Notes: a model not told the origin generated them from the letters alone. A stretch of DNA of 53,446 bases from a virus (IMGVR_UViG_3300013285_000579:1-53446); one strand, 5' to 3'; positions 20,290 to 30,186 are shown, counted from the stretch's first letter. Numbers and translations: made by a program.

Positions 20290-21006
20290 ATGGACAATAC
20301 ACTTAACTTATTTTATTCACGCGAAGCCCAAATTGAGAATGCATACATCATTACGGTAAAAGGTAATGAGTCATCCGAAAAATACTCTGCCCGATGCAGA
20401 AACTCATGCGACCAAGTGGGTATGAAGTACAAAGTTTGGGATGCATTTGACGGTACTAGGGGTCCGATCACTACACCGGATCAATGCATAGATGATTCGT
20501 TCATGCGCTTACTCAAAGTAACAGACCACTATCTTACCCGAGGGGAAGTTGCTTGCGCATTAAGTCACATCAGTCTATGGGTTCATTGTGCGAAGATTGA
20601 CAAGCCTATTATCATCTTAGAACATGACAGTATCATGGTTCAACGAATTGAAGCATTGAACACATATAATTCAATTGTATATCTAGGTGGCAGTGAATGG
20701 GCAGAGCAACGTTGGCCTATGTATCACGTCCCTCCTTTTGCAAGTGAAGGCCCTAACTACTTGTTTATCTGTCGCGCACACGCCTATGCAATTGATCCTG
20801 TGGTTGCTAAGAATCTACTTGCCCATGTGTTGAAGATGGGCATTCACGCCCCACTAGATATCATTATGAAAGCTGACTTGTTCAATATCTCGCATCAGGG
20901 CTTGTTTGCTTATGATAAGAATATCGATCTTGTTAATGACACAACTATCAAGTCTCGTCCTACAGCAGGCAGAACAACTGACCGTAACGACAACCTATCG
21001 ACTTAA
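20290..21006 (+). CDS. Glycosyltransferase family 25-like protein
   Basis: 'GEVACALSHISLW', 'IILEHD' and 'AHAYAI' motifs. Confidence 0.75.
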   Translation: MDNTLNLFYSREAQIENAYIITVKGNESSEKYSARCRNSCDQVGMKYKVWDAFDGTRGPITTPDQCIDDSFMRLLKVTDHYLTRGEVACALSHISLWVHCAKIDKPIIILEHDSIMVQRIEALNTYNSIVYLGGSEWAEQRWPMYHVPPFASEGPNYLFICRAHAYAIDPVVAKNLLAHVLKMGIHAPLDIIMKADLFNISHQGLFAYDKNIDLVNDTTIKSRPTAGRTTDRNDNLST

Positions 21007-21007
21007 T

Positions 21008-21613
21008 ATGTATAAATTTAGCATGGATTTTAACATGGGCAGAGGCGCGATGCAAAACATCAGCACCTTGGTATCTACTTACGGTGTACCAAGCACAGTG
21101 ATTGAAGTTGGAGTGTTTGAAGGTGGTACTACGTTTTGGATTAGTGAGCAGCTAGCGAAGACTAATCAAACAGCACGTGTATACGCAATCGATCCGCACG
21201 TTGGTAGCAATGATATGAGCGAAGATTTTAATGTAATCCAGCAGAACTTTGCATACAACTTAGCAGCACACCCTGCTAAAAATGTAACTTACATTCAGAA
21301 GCACAGCAAAGACGGACTGATTGATTTAATCAATGCAGGCGTAAAAGCTGAACTAATCTACATCGACGGTGATCATAAAGCTGCTGAAGTATTAACTGAC
21401 TTGGTACTATCTTGGGAGCTACTTAAAGTCGGTGGCATCATATTATGTGATGATACTACTACTTGGAAGTACAAAGACATTAACGGAACACAATCTGCTC
21501 AAATGAGTCCTAGGCTTGCAGTTGAAACCTTCATTCAGTGCAACTGGCATAAACTAAATGTATTGAGCATTCCGGATGGGGCACAGACTGCCTTCATTAA
21601 AATTCAAGAATAA
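21008..21613 (+). CDS. SAM-dependent methyltransferase (Methyltransf_24-like)
   Basis: 'IEVGVFEGGT', 'YAIDP', 'LIYIDGDH', 'LKVGGIILCDD'. Confidence 0.8.
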   Translation: MYKFSMDFNMGRGAMQNISTLVSTYGVPSTVIEVGVFEGGTTFWISEQLAKTNQTARVYAIDPHVGSNDMSEDFNVIQQNFAYNLAAHPAKNVTYIQKHSKDGLIDLINAGVKAELIYIDGDHKAAEVLTDLVLSWELLKVGGIILCDDTTTWKYKDINGTQSAQMSPRLAVETFIQCNWHKLNVLSIPDGAQTAFIKIQE

Positions 21614-21660
21614 CATACTAATTCTCAGCCGACCCTAGCATACTGATAAGTAGTTATCTA

Positions 21661-22095
21661 ATGAACGTGTTCCAACTTAACTATACTGCTAGACTCCAGC
21701 AATGGTATGATCTACGCACTAGGCTTATAGGCCTAAACATGCTTGAAAAATGTATCGAAATCGATAATTGGTGGCAAAAAGCTCCATTAGTAAATCACCA
21801 TTTACATCTGTTGGATAGTCTAGCATGGCCCGGTCCCTGGGACCTTTTGGAAGAAAATACCTACTGTACGGTTGCAAGAGCGCTAGGGATGTGTTATACT
21901 CTACTATTGATCGGTGTAGAAGACATTGAACTAGTCGAAGCGACTGATCCGCAAGGGGAAGATATGGTACTAGTCCTGGTCGACCGCGCTAAGTATGTAC
22001 TTAATTATTGGCCCGATACCGTAGTAAATAACTGTTCAACCGATTTTACAGTAAAACGTCATGTAGACGTATCCGCAATCAAATTAAAATTATAA
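21661..22095 (+). CDS. Hypothetical protein upstream of nrdA
   Basis: Clean ORF filling the intergenic space; 'WPGPWDLL..N.YC' motif. Confidence 0.6.
   Translation: MNVFQLNYTARLQQWYDLRTRLIGLNMLEKCIEIDNWWQKAPLVNHHLHLLDSLAWPGPWDLLEENTYCTVARALGMCYTLLLIGVEDIELVEATDPQGEDMVLVLVDRAKYVLNYWPDTVVNNCSTDFTVKRHVDVSAIKLKL
21872..21900 (+). promoter_or_regulatory. Sigma70-like promoter inside the upstream gene, possibly driving nrdA
   Basis: TTGCAA-17-TATACT with extended -10 TG. Confidence 0.4.
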
Positions 22096-22104
22096 TAGGC
22101 AATT

Positions 22105-23760
22105 ATGAACATTAACGTAGTTAAACGTAACGGGGAAATTGTTCCCCTCGATATTTCGAAAATACAAAGGCAGGTAGCACACGGGTGCAGGGGTATTGAT
22201 AACGTCAGTCCTAGTATGATTGAAATCAAGGCTCAGATCGAGGTACGCGATGGAATGAGTACAAAAACCATCGATGAACTACTATTAAAAGCAATGGTTA
22301 ACCTGATCGATGAGAGTGAAAACAGCGACATTAACAATGTGAATTATCAGTATGTAGCAGGCAGGCAGAAGGTCAGTATGCTACGTAAAGAGGTATACGG
22401 TACATATGATCCTCCCTCACTGTATGATATCGTAGTCACTAATATCGCAGCGGGTATGTACACCACTGCCCTACTTGAGTGGTACACCAAAGAAGAATGG
22501 GATATCATTAACCTGTTTCTTGACCACAGCAAGGACGAAAATTACACTTACGCAGCTATCGCTCAATTAACCGAAAAGTACTTAGTGCAAAACCGTGCTA
22601 CTGGTCAAATCTTTGAGAGCCCACAGATTCGGTATGCAATCGCAGCCGCCACTGCCTTCCACGCAGAACCAAAAGACAAGAGATTGAAGTATGTCAAAGA
22701 GTATTACGAATGCGCAAGTGATGGTCAGTTTACTCTTGCTACCCCTGTTCTCGCTGGCCTTGGTACTACTACTAAGCAGTTTTCTAGTTGCGTACTTATC
22801 TCTAGCGATGATACACTTGACTCTATTTTCGCCTCGGGTGAAATGATGGCCAAGTATGCTAGCAAACGTGCTGGCATTGGGTTAGAGATTGGTCGCATTC
22901 GCCCTCTTGGCGCAGCAATTCGTAACGGTGAAATCAAACACACGGGTATGATTCCTTTTCTTAAGAAATGGTTCTCTGACTTGCGTAGTTGCAGTCAAGG
23001 TGGCATTCGCAATGCGTCATGCACCGTTACATTCCCGGTATGGCACTACCAGTTCGAAGACCTCATAGTACTAAAGAACAATCAAGGCACCGAAGAAACT
23101 CGCGTTCGTCAAATGGACTACAGTGTTGTAGTCAACAAGATGTTCTGGAATCGTTATCGCAACAATGAAAACATCACCCTGTTCGATCCGCATGAAGTGC
23201 CTGATCTGTATGAAGCATACTACCGAGACAGTGATGAGTTTACTAAGTTGTACGCATCGTATGAAGCTAGAAACGATATCAAGAAGAAAGTCCTGCCCGC
23301 AGTAGAAATCTTCAAGAACGGTATTCTAAAAGAACGCACCGACACCGGTCGCATCTATCTAGTGAATATCGACAATGTTATCAATCAAGGTCCGTTCGAT
23401 ACTAAAGTAGATCCAATCTATCAATCTAATTTATGTCTTACCGGTGATACTACGATTCAGATTATGGATACTAATAAAACTATTCACTCAATCTCTCTTG
23501 AGGATTTTGTCAATAAATTTGATGCTGGTTATATGTCAAATATAAAAGTTAGAAGTTCAAATATCTTAACTGGTGAAGTAACTTGGAATGCAGTGAGTAA
23601 CGCCGCTAAAACAGCAACAGTCACTGAATTAATTGAAATCGAAGATGAATCTGGTAAAATTATTAGATGTACATTGGATCATCAGATATATACTACAAAT
23701 CGTGGTTATGTTAGAGCCGGCGACTTAGTAGAAACTGACGAGTTATGTGTTGAAATTTGA
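22105..23760 (+). CDS. nrdA: Class Ia ribonucleotide reductase alpha subunit, N-terminal part (aa 1-443) fused to split-intein N half
   Basis: ATP-cone 'VVKRNG'; 'TPVLAG...QFSSC'; 'SQGGIR'; NrdA sequence stops at 'YQSNL' and is followed by 'CLTGDT'. Confidence 0.95.
   Translation: MNINVVKRNGEIVPLDISKIQRQVAHGCRGIDNVSPSMIEIKAQIEVRDGMSTKTIDELLLKAMVNLIDESENSDINNVNYQYVAGRQKVSMLRKEVYGTYDPPSLYDIVVTNIAAGMYTTALLEWYTKEEWDIINLFLDHSKDENYTYAAIAQLTEKYLVQNRATGQIFESPQIRYAIAAATAFHAEPKDKRLKYVKEYYECASDGQFTLATPVLAGLGTTTKQFSSCVLISSDDTLDSIFASGEMMAKYASKRAGIGLEIGRIRPLGAAIRNGEIKHTGMIPFLKKWFSDLRSCSQGGIRNASCTVTFPVWHYQFEDLIVLKNNQGTEETRVRQMDYSVVVNKMFWNRYRNNENITLFDPHEVPDLYEAYYRDSDEFTKLYASYEARNDIKKKVLPAVEIFKNGILKERTDTGRIYLVNIDNVINQGPFDTKVDPIYQSNLCLTGDTTIQIMDTNKTIHSISLEDFVNKFDAGYMSNIKVRSSNILTGEVTWNAVSNAAKTATVTELIEIEDESGKIIRCTLDHQIYTTNRGYVRAGDLVETDELCVEI
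23434..23757 (+). mobile_element. Split intein N-fragment (108 aa)
   Basis: Block A 'CLTGDT'; block B 'IRCTLDHQIYTTNRGYVRAGDL...DEL'; followed by a stop codon. Confidence 0.92.
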
Positions 23761-23770
23761 TTACCAAGAA

Positions 23771-23798
23771 TAAATACATATAAGGAAATTATATGTAT
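23771..23798 (+). promoter_or_regulatory. Late promoter TAAATA plus a hairpin that sequesters the endonuclease start codon
   Basis: ATACATATAA (23774-23783) is the exact reverse complement of TTATATGTAT (23789-23798), which contains ATG 23793; the SD lies in the stem and loop. Confidence 0.7.
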
Positions 23799-24728
23799 AC
23801 AGAACTTTACGAGAAATTAATTGATAATGCAAGAAAAGAAAACAGAATGAGAGATCAGGGAACTTACTATGAACGACACCATATTGTTCCTGATTTTTTA
23901 TTTAAGAATAGAAAAAGAACAGGTCCTAAAGGAAATCTAGATGGTAATCCTGACAGCGTAGGAAACATCGTCTTACTGACTTTCTCTGAGCATTTAATGG
24001 CTCATTATTATTTGTATGAGATATATAAAGAAACTAGATATGAATACTCTGCTGGTTCTGCCCTACAATTCTTTTTTGTTAAGGCAACTAGTAATCACAA
24101 AAGACAGGTTAATTTATCTGAGATTGATGGGAAGTTTCTTAAGGACATGGACCATTTGAGGCTACTTGGTAACGAGTGTATTAGTAAAGCACGAAAAGGA
24201 AAGATGCCAGTAGTTAATGCTATTACTAGGGAAAAACAAGGATCGGTGCGCATAGACCACCCAAATGTATTGTCGGGTGAATGGATTCATCATAGCAAAG
24301 GTATCCCTGGAAAATCCGGTAGAGATATGACTGGTACTAAAAATGTCAACTTCAAAGAACTTACTCAGGATCGAAGAGAAAGAATGTGGAAATGTGTTTC
24401 AGTATCATGTCAAGAAGGATATCTAAAATTAAATTTATTACAAGAGTCTATGAAAAGAGAATTTATTGAATTTAAGAAAATTTCGTTAGCTTGGATTAGT
24501 AATAAATTTGGTTCTTTGAAAAACTTAATTGAAGAAACTAATAAAAATATGAATCTTACCATTAAGTACGATCCATATCATAGAAGTATATCGCACCGAA
24601 AGATTGCAGAGGAAAATTCAGCAAAACATCGATGGTATAATAACGGAATAACTAACGTCAGAGTAACAGATGAAAAAGAATTTTGTAAAGAAAATCCAGA
24701 ATTTGTCCAAGGAAGAATAAAAATATGA
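23793..24728 (+). CDS. Free-standing HNH homing endonuclease (T4 MobE-like)
   Basis: 'Y..LI..A......YYERHHIVP...NIVLLT..EH..AH..L' is the MobE-type HNH pattern; C-terminal 'RWYNNG...F..GR'; AT-rich; lies between the intein halves. Confidence 0.85.
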   Translation: MYTELYEKLIDNARKENRMRDQGTYYERHHIVPDFLFKNRKRTGPKGNLDGNPDSVGNIVLLTFSEHLMAHYYLYEIYKETRYEYSAGSALQFFFVKATSNHKRQVNLSEIDGKFLKDMDHLRLLGNECISKARKGKMPVVNAITREKQGSVRIDHPNVLSGEWIHHSKGIPGKSGRDMTGTKNVNFKELTQDRRERMWKCVSVSCQEGYLKLNLLQESMKREFIEFKKISLAWISNKFGSLKNLIEETNKNMNLTIKYDPYHRSISHRKIAEENSAKHRWYNNGITNVRVTDEKEFCKENPEFVQGRIKI

Positions 24729-24826
24729 TAAAAATTAAAAAAATTAAAGTAGAGCCTACTGACGTATATGATATCACTGTACCAGAAACCGAGTGTTTTT
24801 TTGCCAACGATATTTTAGTTCATAAC
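24725..24826 (+). mobile_element. Split intein C-fragment (34 aa)
   Basis: Basic N-terminus 'MIKIKKIK'; block F 'VYDITV'; block G 'FFANDILVHN'; +1 Cys at 24827. Confidence 0.92.
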
Positions 24827-25828
24827 TGCCAAGAGATTCTATTACCTACTAAGCCTTTCCAACGTATTGAAGATGAGTCCGGCCGCATTGCCCTCTGCAC
24901 ACTTGGCTCAATCAATTGGGGTTCATTCAAGTCACCACAAGAAATACGTAAGTGCTGTAGAGTTCTTGTTCGTAGCCTGAGTAATCTATTAAGCTACCAA
25001 GACTTTCTATCTATTCAAAGCAAGTTGGCTAACGATGACTTTGAACCACTGGGTGTTGGTATTACTAACCTAGCTTACTGGCATGCACGTAAAGGATTTA
25101 AGTACGGTGAACCAGAAGCACTTGCAGAAGTTAAGCGTTGGATGGAACATCAGGCATACTATCTAACTGAAACTTCGGTTGAGTTAGCACAAGAGCGCGG
25201 TGCTTGCAAGCGTAGCGAATTCACTTACTACGGTAAGGGTGTGTTTCCTTGGGAACGTAGGAACAAGGGAGTAGACGAACTAACCAGTTTCGCTCCAAGT
25301 ATTAATCTAGACTGGGAAGGCTTGCGCCAAAAGCTATTGCAATATGGCATCAGAAATGCTACACTAATGGCTGTTGCACCTGTTGAAAGTTCTAGTGTTG
25401 TGTTGAACAGCACGAATGGTATTGAAATGCCAATGGAACTTATCAGTGTCAAAGAAAGCAAAGCGGGTAGCTTTGTTCAAGTTGTTCCCGAGTACAAGCG
25501 TTTGAAGAATCGTTATCAAATGATGTGGGAGCAGAAGGACTGTGTAGAGTACTTGAAAACTAGTGCGGTGTTAGCTGCATATGTGGATCAGTCATTGTCT
25601 ACCAACACATTCTACAATCCTGCATTCTTTGATCAAGGCAAAGTACCCGGTACACTGATTGCCAAGAACTTGATGCTTGCATACAAGTGGGGCTTGAAGT
25701 CAATGTATTATAGCCTAATTAACAAAGTGGGCAGTAAAGCTGCATTACAAGAGGAAAGCAACATCATTGCTTTCGTTAAGCAAGAACCAATTGAAGAAGA
25801 AGAATACTGTGAAAGCTGCGTCCTATGA
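24725..25828 (+). CDS. nrdA: Split-intein C half fused to the C-terminal part of RNR alpha
   Basis: After 'VHN': 'CQEILLPT', 'ALCTLGSIN', 'RNATLMAVAPVESSS', 'KSMYY' and C-terminal 'CESCVL'. Confidence 0.95.
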   Translation: MIKIKKIKVEPTDVYDITVPETECFFANDILVHNCQEILLPTKPFQRIEDESGRIALCTLGSINWGSFKSPQEIRKCCRVLVRSLSNLLSYQDFLSIQSKLANDDFEPLGVGITNLAYWHARKGFKYGEPEALAEVKRWMEHQAYYLTETSVELAQERGACKRSEFTYYGKGVFPWERRNKGVDELTSFAPSINLDWEGLRQKLLQYGIRNATLMAVAPVESSSVVLNSTNGIEMPMELISVKESKAGSFVQVVPEYKRLKNRYQMMWEQKDCVEYLKTSAVLAAYVDQSLSTNTFYNPAFFDQGKVPGTLIAKNLMLAYKWGLKSMYYSLINKVGSKAALQEESNIIAFVKQEPIEEEEYCESCVL

Positions 25829-26925
25829 GTAAAGAACAATACGATTTATCAAAACAAACAAACTACCTCAAGCGCACTATGTTCTTGGACCCGGCAGGTC
25901 CAGTTACTGTTCAACGCTTCGAGGAAGTAAAGTACCCACGCATTGCTAAGTACGAAGAAACTGCCCGTGGATTCTTCTGGGTTCCGGAAGAGATTTCACT
26001 GACTAAAGACAAGATGGATCACAAGGATTCATCCGATGCTATCAAGCATATCTTCACTAGCAATCTACTACGCCAGACTGCACTTGATTCAATTCAAGGC
26101 CGTGCTCCTAGTCAGATTTTCAGCCCTGTTATCAGTATTCCTGAACTTGAAGCACTAGTAGGCAACTGGAGCTTCTTTGAGACTAACATTCATAGTAAGT
26201 CATACTCACACATCATTCGTAATGTATACGGAGTACCCAAAGAAGAATTCAACAAGATCCATGATACTAAAGAGATTATTGACATGGCCGCTAGTATCGG
26301 TAGATACTATGAAGCACTACACCAACTCAACTGTCGCAAAGAATGCGGAATGCCCGTCACTGAACGTGAGCATATCAAAGCTATCTGGATGGCACTACAT
26401 GCATCTTATGCGCTAGAAGCATTCAGATTCATGGTATCGTTTGCAACAAGTCTCGCTATGGTAGAGAATCGGATTTACATCGGTAACGGAAACATTATCT
26501 CCTTGATCCTGCAGGACGAGTTGCTTCATACAGAGTGGACAGCATGGTTAATCAACAACGTAACCAAAGATGACCCTCGCTTTGCATCTGTAGTAGACGA
26601 ATGCAAAGTAGAAGTTTATGCATTATACCTAGAAGTTATTGAAGAAGAAAAGAACTGGGCAACCTATCTATTCTCTAAGGGTGTAGTGATCGGGTTGAAT
26701 GCTGAGATATTAAAAGACTTTGTAGACTTCACGGCTTTCAATCGGTTGAAAGATATTGGCATCAAGTATGCTGAAGGTCATCCTAAGCACAGCCCTATCC
26801 CATGGTTTAATAAACATGTAAATCTCAACAAGAAGCAAGCAGCATTACAGGAAACAGAAAGCACATCATACGTCATCGGAGTGATGAGTGATGTAGTAGA
26901 CTACGACCAACTACCGGTACTATAA
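25825..26925 (+). CDS. nrdB: Ribonucleotide reductase class Ia beta subunit
   Basis: 'FFWVPEEI', 'LDSIQGR', 'ETNIHSKSY', 'DELLH' and 'ALQETESTSY' diiron/radical motifs. Confidence 0.95.
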   Translation: MSKEQYDLSKQTNYLKRTMFLDPAGPVTVQRFEEVKYPRIAKYEETARGFFWVPEEISLTKDKMDHKDSSDAIKHIFTSNLLRQTALDSIQGRAPSQIFSPVISIPELEALVGNWSFFETNIHSKSYSHIIRNVYGVPKEEFNKIHDTKEIIDMAASIGRYYEALHQLNCRKECGMPVTEREHIKAIWMALHASYALEAFRFMVSFATSLAMVENRIYIGNGNIISLILQDELLHTEWTAWLINNVTKDDPRFASVVDECKVEVYALYLEVIEEEKNWATYLFSKGVVIGLNAEILKDFVDFTAFNRLKDIGIKYAEGHPKHSPIPWFNKHVNLNKKQAALQETESTSYVIGVMSDVVDYDQLPVL

Positions 26926-26926
26926 A

Positions 26927-27169
26927 ATGACAATGACAGCAATCATTTGGTCGAAAGACTCCTGTCCTTATTGTGTTCAGGCTAAAGCCCTGCTCACACA
27001 AAAAGGCATCACGTATGAAGAACGAAACATCATGCATGGTACCTGGACAAAAGAACAACTATTAGAAGCAGTACCAACTGCACGTACATTACCACAAATC
27101 TTCTTGAATGAAGAATATGTGGGCGGGTTCACTGAACTCAGAACTAAATTAACAGAAAGCAATAAATGA
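26927..27169 (+). CDS. Glutaredoxin
   Basis: CPYC active site; 'TLPQIF....VGGF'. Confidence 0.93.
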   Translation: MTMTAIIWSKDSCPYCVQAKALLTQKGITYEERNIMHGTWTKEQLLEAVPTARTLPQIFLNEEYVGGFTELRTKLTESNK

Positions 27170-27468
27170 AATTCGAACAAGGCAAGACCTACACTATTAA
27201 ATTGAACTCAGGCGAGGAACTTATCGCTAAGGTATCCGGTCTCATTGATGCAAACACCATCGATATCACTGATCCAGTGTCAATTGCTCCCGCTCAAAAT
27301 GGTATGCAAATGATTCCTAGCATGTTTACCGCCGCCCCCGGTTCTTCAGTAACGCTAAATACTACTAACGTGGTAATGTTCTCAGAGACTGAGGACGGTA
27401 TCAAGATGAAATACATTGAAGCAACGACCGGTATTAAAGTTCCGGATAAGAAAATATTCTTGGGGTAA
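27166..27468 (+). CDS. Small Sm/Hfq-like-fold phage protein
   Basis: 'IKLNSGEELIA' ... 'YIEATTGI' pattern common in T4-like phages. Confidence 0.6.
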   Translation: MKFEQGKTYTIKLNSGEELIAKVSGLIDANTIDITDPVSIAPAQNGMQMIPSMFTAAPGSSVTLNTTNVVMFSETEDGIKMKYIEATTGIKVPDKKIFLG

Positions 27469-27469
27469 T

Positions 27470-27754
27470 ATGGCAGCAGTAAGTCGTGTAGGAGATCAGA
27501 ATCAAGCCGGTGGCGCTATCAAGCGCGGCGCCGACTCGGTGTTTGTTAACGGGGTTGCAATCGGATTGCACGTTAGCGGCATAACTCCTCACGCGCCATG
27601 GGACCGTCGTTCACATTCTCCGCATGAAGCAGCTACTACCACTGAGGGTAGTGCTACTGTATTCGCTGAGGGTGTGCCTGTACTTAGAGTAGGATCGGGA
27701 AACACTTGCGGTCATAGTATCGTACAAGGCTCACCGGATGTATTTGTACCATGA
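27470..27754 (+). CDS. PAAR-domain spike-tip protein (gp5.4-like)
   Basis: 'AAVSRVGD', 'GSATVFAEGVPVLRVG...CGH....GSPDVF'. Confidence 0.88.
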   Translation: MAAVSRVGDQNQAGGAIKRGADSVFVNGVAIGLHVSGITPHAPWDRRSHSPHEAATTTEGSATVFAEGVPVLRVGSGNTCGHSIVQGSPDVFVP

Positions 27755-30126
27755 GCTTGACGGGTAAATACTCTCCTCTCAACTTAAACAGCTTGGGGTC
27801 ATTAGCGCAGAACATTGGATTGCGAATCAATGCTAATGCCGAACATCACATGGGTACTAGCGATTCATTGTCTGGACATGCAATGGGTACAACCTCACTG
27901 AATACTGTTATTAGAATGCTAGTTCATTCTATACGAGAAGGATTTCTAAACGGTAATCTAACCTGCTATGCGGATCTAATATCAATTGGCTCTGCATCTA
28001 TTCCTGCATTAGGGGATAGCAAGCCCCCTCAGTATTTGCGCACAGCAACTCTTGCCCCTTATCCTAGTGCATCACCGTATGATAGTGAGTACGCTAGCTA
28101 TGGTTGGTTAAGAACTATTCCTCTGCAAGCGCACTACGAATTCTATATCAACAATGGATCGTACAGTGACTTCCTGCATACATTCAACATGGCATCTGGC
28201 TTTATCGCACAGTCGAACAAAGCTATCGATGCAATGAATGCAGCGGATACATATCTTGACGGTGTGTACAGTAACATGAACGACTTAGTTACTGCTGATT
28301 TGGCAGGGGTAAGTTTAGCATTATTCTTCTGGGGACAAGACTTGATTGCATCGGGCAGAGCGATAGACCTCAGTCAGATAAGCACATTCGGTGACCCTAG
28401 TAACTTACTTAAGACCTTGCACAAGAACAAAGCAATGACTAAAGCAGTTACATTGGCATTATTAGTAGCCGGGTTCTCGTCAGATGAGATAGATCGTATC
28501 ACTGGTGGCGGCGATGTTTCAGTGGATCAGCAGAAGAAACTATACGGTGCATTCAGTATCGTTATGGGCAGTGATCTAGTTGACGCATTGATTCCATTGA
28601 ACTGTCAAACTAAGGGGCTAGACACTCTTGTTGACTTGCTAAACCCAAAGAAGCTGTTTCCTAATAGTTATTCAACGCTAACCGTCCCTGAGTATAATGC
28701 AATACCGGGCCCTACCAACAGCAAGACTTACTATCTACTGTATACCGGCGGTGAAGTAACATCACAGGTACTGCATGGATTCGGAGAGAGACTGAAAACT
28801 ATTCTCCCTGACACATTAGCAGCCGCATGCGGTGCATTCACTAATACGATGCTACAGGTTAAAAACATCAAGACAATGGACATTGAACGTTTCAGTCAAG
28901 TAGTACGTAACCTAGAGACAGTTAGTGACTTGGGTGTTAACGGTACCAGTGCACCGACTAATCAACCTATTAGAAACTCAACGCTGCCTATAATCGCAGT
29001 AGGTTCCGGTGATAAAGGAAGATACACTACTTGTGATTTCTTCGGTGCTATGTCGGGTCTGCCATATGACTGGACTAAGCTAGAGAGTTATCTAACATCA
29101 CTAGGTACTTCTACTCTCTTTTACATATACAAAGAACTATATCTAGCAGTAACATGGGATCAGGCAACCGCTACTGTATTATACTCTACTAGCACAGACG
29201 GAGATGGTATCACTGTATATCAAGCTACCGGAGTAGTACTAGTCGAGCAAGGCGGAGGTTTTGGCCGCGCCGGCGCTGCATCACCCATCGTCACTCTCAG
29301 TAACGGTGGCATGGGCATTACTACTATAGGGGTGAACGATTCAGAACCCACGATAGGAAATTTCGGCAGAGTCACATCAATATCACTCACTTCCACCGGA
29401 CCAGGCTCTAGTTCAATTCCTACTGCAATTATAGAAAACCCACCGGGCCCGGGATGGGGCGGTATGAATGCGGTTGTGTTAGGATATATTAATCAAGCTA
29501 ACGCTGAGATTGCTAACATCAAAACCAACAACCCCGCACTAGCACTAGTGATAAACAAACTATACAATGAATTCGGTAATCAGATGACAATTGAACAGAA
29601 TGCTAGAAGTCTTGGTTTAAGAGCAGAAAAGTTCTTACCTGATCTTAGCACTGTTATCACTGAAGTATACGGCTTCATGGAAAGTTTGAACATCTACTCA
29701 ACACAGACTGAATTCTGGGGTGCAGTACAGAATATAGAAGCTATCACTGATACTGCTACGGTAGGTGGTAACAGTGTTATTGGTGGCATGAGAGAAGTTC
29801 GCAATGCTCATCGTCTGGGATTAACGGGCGTCGAGCAAGATAACGAAGTGGGAGTAGAGCAGCTTGTCCTGCCTAGAGTCAACGGGTCAATTCCTACTAC
29901 TAGTACTGGTGCTATATACGGCATACCAGTCATGACTGGGGGTCCGGTTACTGGATTGACTCCTAGCGCTGGTAACGGCAACACATCGCCGTGGACTACG
30001 TTAGTCCCGGACACAGTAGACATAATTACAATTACGCCTATCGTGATACCGTCAATACTTACGCCGTCTCAAGCAATCGAGGAAGTTATATTATGTAACT
30101 GCGACTGCTGGGACAAGTTAATCTAA
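27751..30126 (+). CDS. Large hypothetical protein, probably structural (baseplate region)
   Basis: 791 aa, coupled to the PAAR gene; 'GGGFGR...P.VT.S' repeat; C-terminal 'CNCDCWD'. Confidence 0.55.
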   Translation: MSLTGKYSPLNLNSLGSLAQNIGLRINANAEHHMGTSDSLSGHAMGTTSLNTVIRMLVHSIREGFLNGNLTCYADLISIGSASIPALGDSKPPQYLRTATLAPYPSASPYDSEYASYGWLRTIPLQAHYEFYINNGSYSDFLHTFNMASGFIAQSNKAIDAMNAADTYLDGVYSNMNDLVTADLAGVSLALFFWGQDLIASGRAIDLSQISTFGDPSNLLKTLHKNKAMTKAVTLALLVAGFSSDEIDRITGGGDVSVDQQKKLYGAFSIVMGSDLVDALIPLNCQTKGLDTLVDLLNPKKLFPNSYSTLTVPEYNAIPGPTNSKTYYLLYTGGEVTSQVLHGFGERLKTILPDTLAAACGAFTNTMLQVKNIKTMDIERFSQVVRNLETVSDLGVNGTSAPTNQPIRNSTLPIIAVGSGDKGRYTTCDFFGAMSGLPYDWTKLESYLTSLGTSTLFYIYKELYLAVTWDQATATVLYSTSTDGDGITVYQATGVVLVEQGGGFGRAGAASPIVTLSNGGMGITTIGVNDSEPTIGNFGRVTSISLTSTGPGSSSIPTAIIENPPGPGWGGMNAVVLGYINQANAEIANIKTNNPALALVINKLYNEFGNQMTIEQNARSLGLRAEKFLPDLSTVITEVYGFMESLNIYSTQTEFWGAVQNIEAITDTATVGGNSVIGGMREVRNAHRLGLTGVEQDNEVGVEQLVLPRVNGSIPTTSTGAIYGIPVMTGGPVTGLTPSAGNGNTSPWTTLVPDTVDIITITPIVIPSILTPSQAIEEVILCNCDCWDKLI

Positions 30127-30136
30127 TCCCAAAGTA

Positions 30137-30165
30137 TTGACCTTTACCCTGCATAGTGTTAAACT
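30137..30165 (+). promoter_or_regulatory. Sigma70-like promoter (TTGACC-17-TAAACT, extended -10)
   Basis: Intergenic; 17-nt spacer. Confidence 0.5.
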
Positions 30166-30186
30166 GTGCAACAGAAAGAAGTATAT

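Noticed and set aside
23434-24826. Group I intron interrupting nrdA
   Set aside because: Both flanks of the HNH gene are in-frame intein-coding sequence with full splicing motifs; there is no room for a ribozyme core
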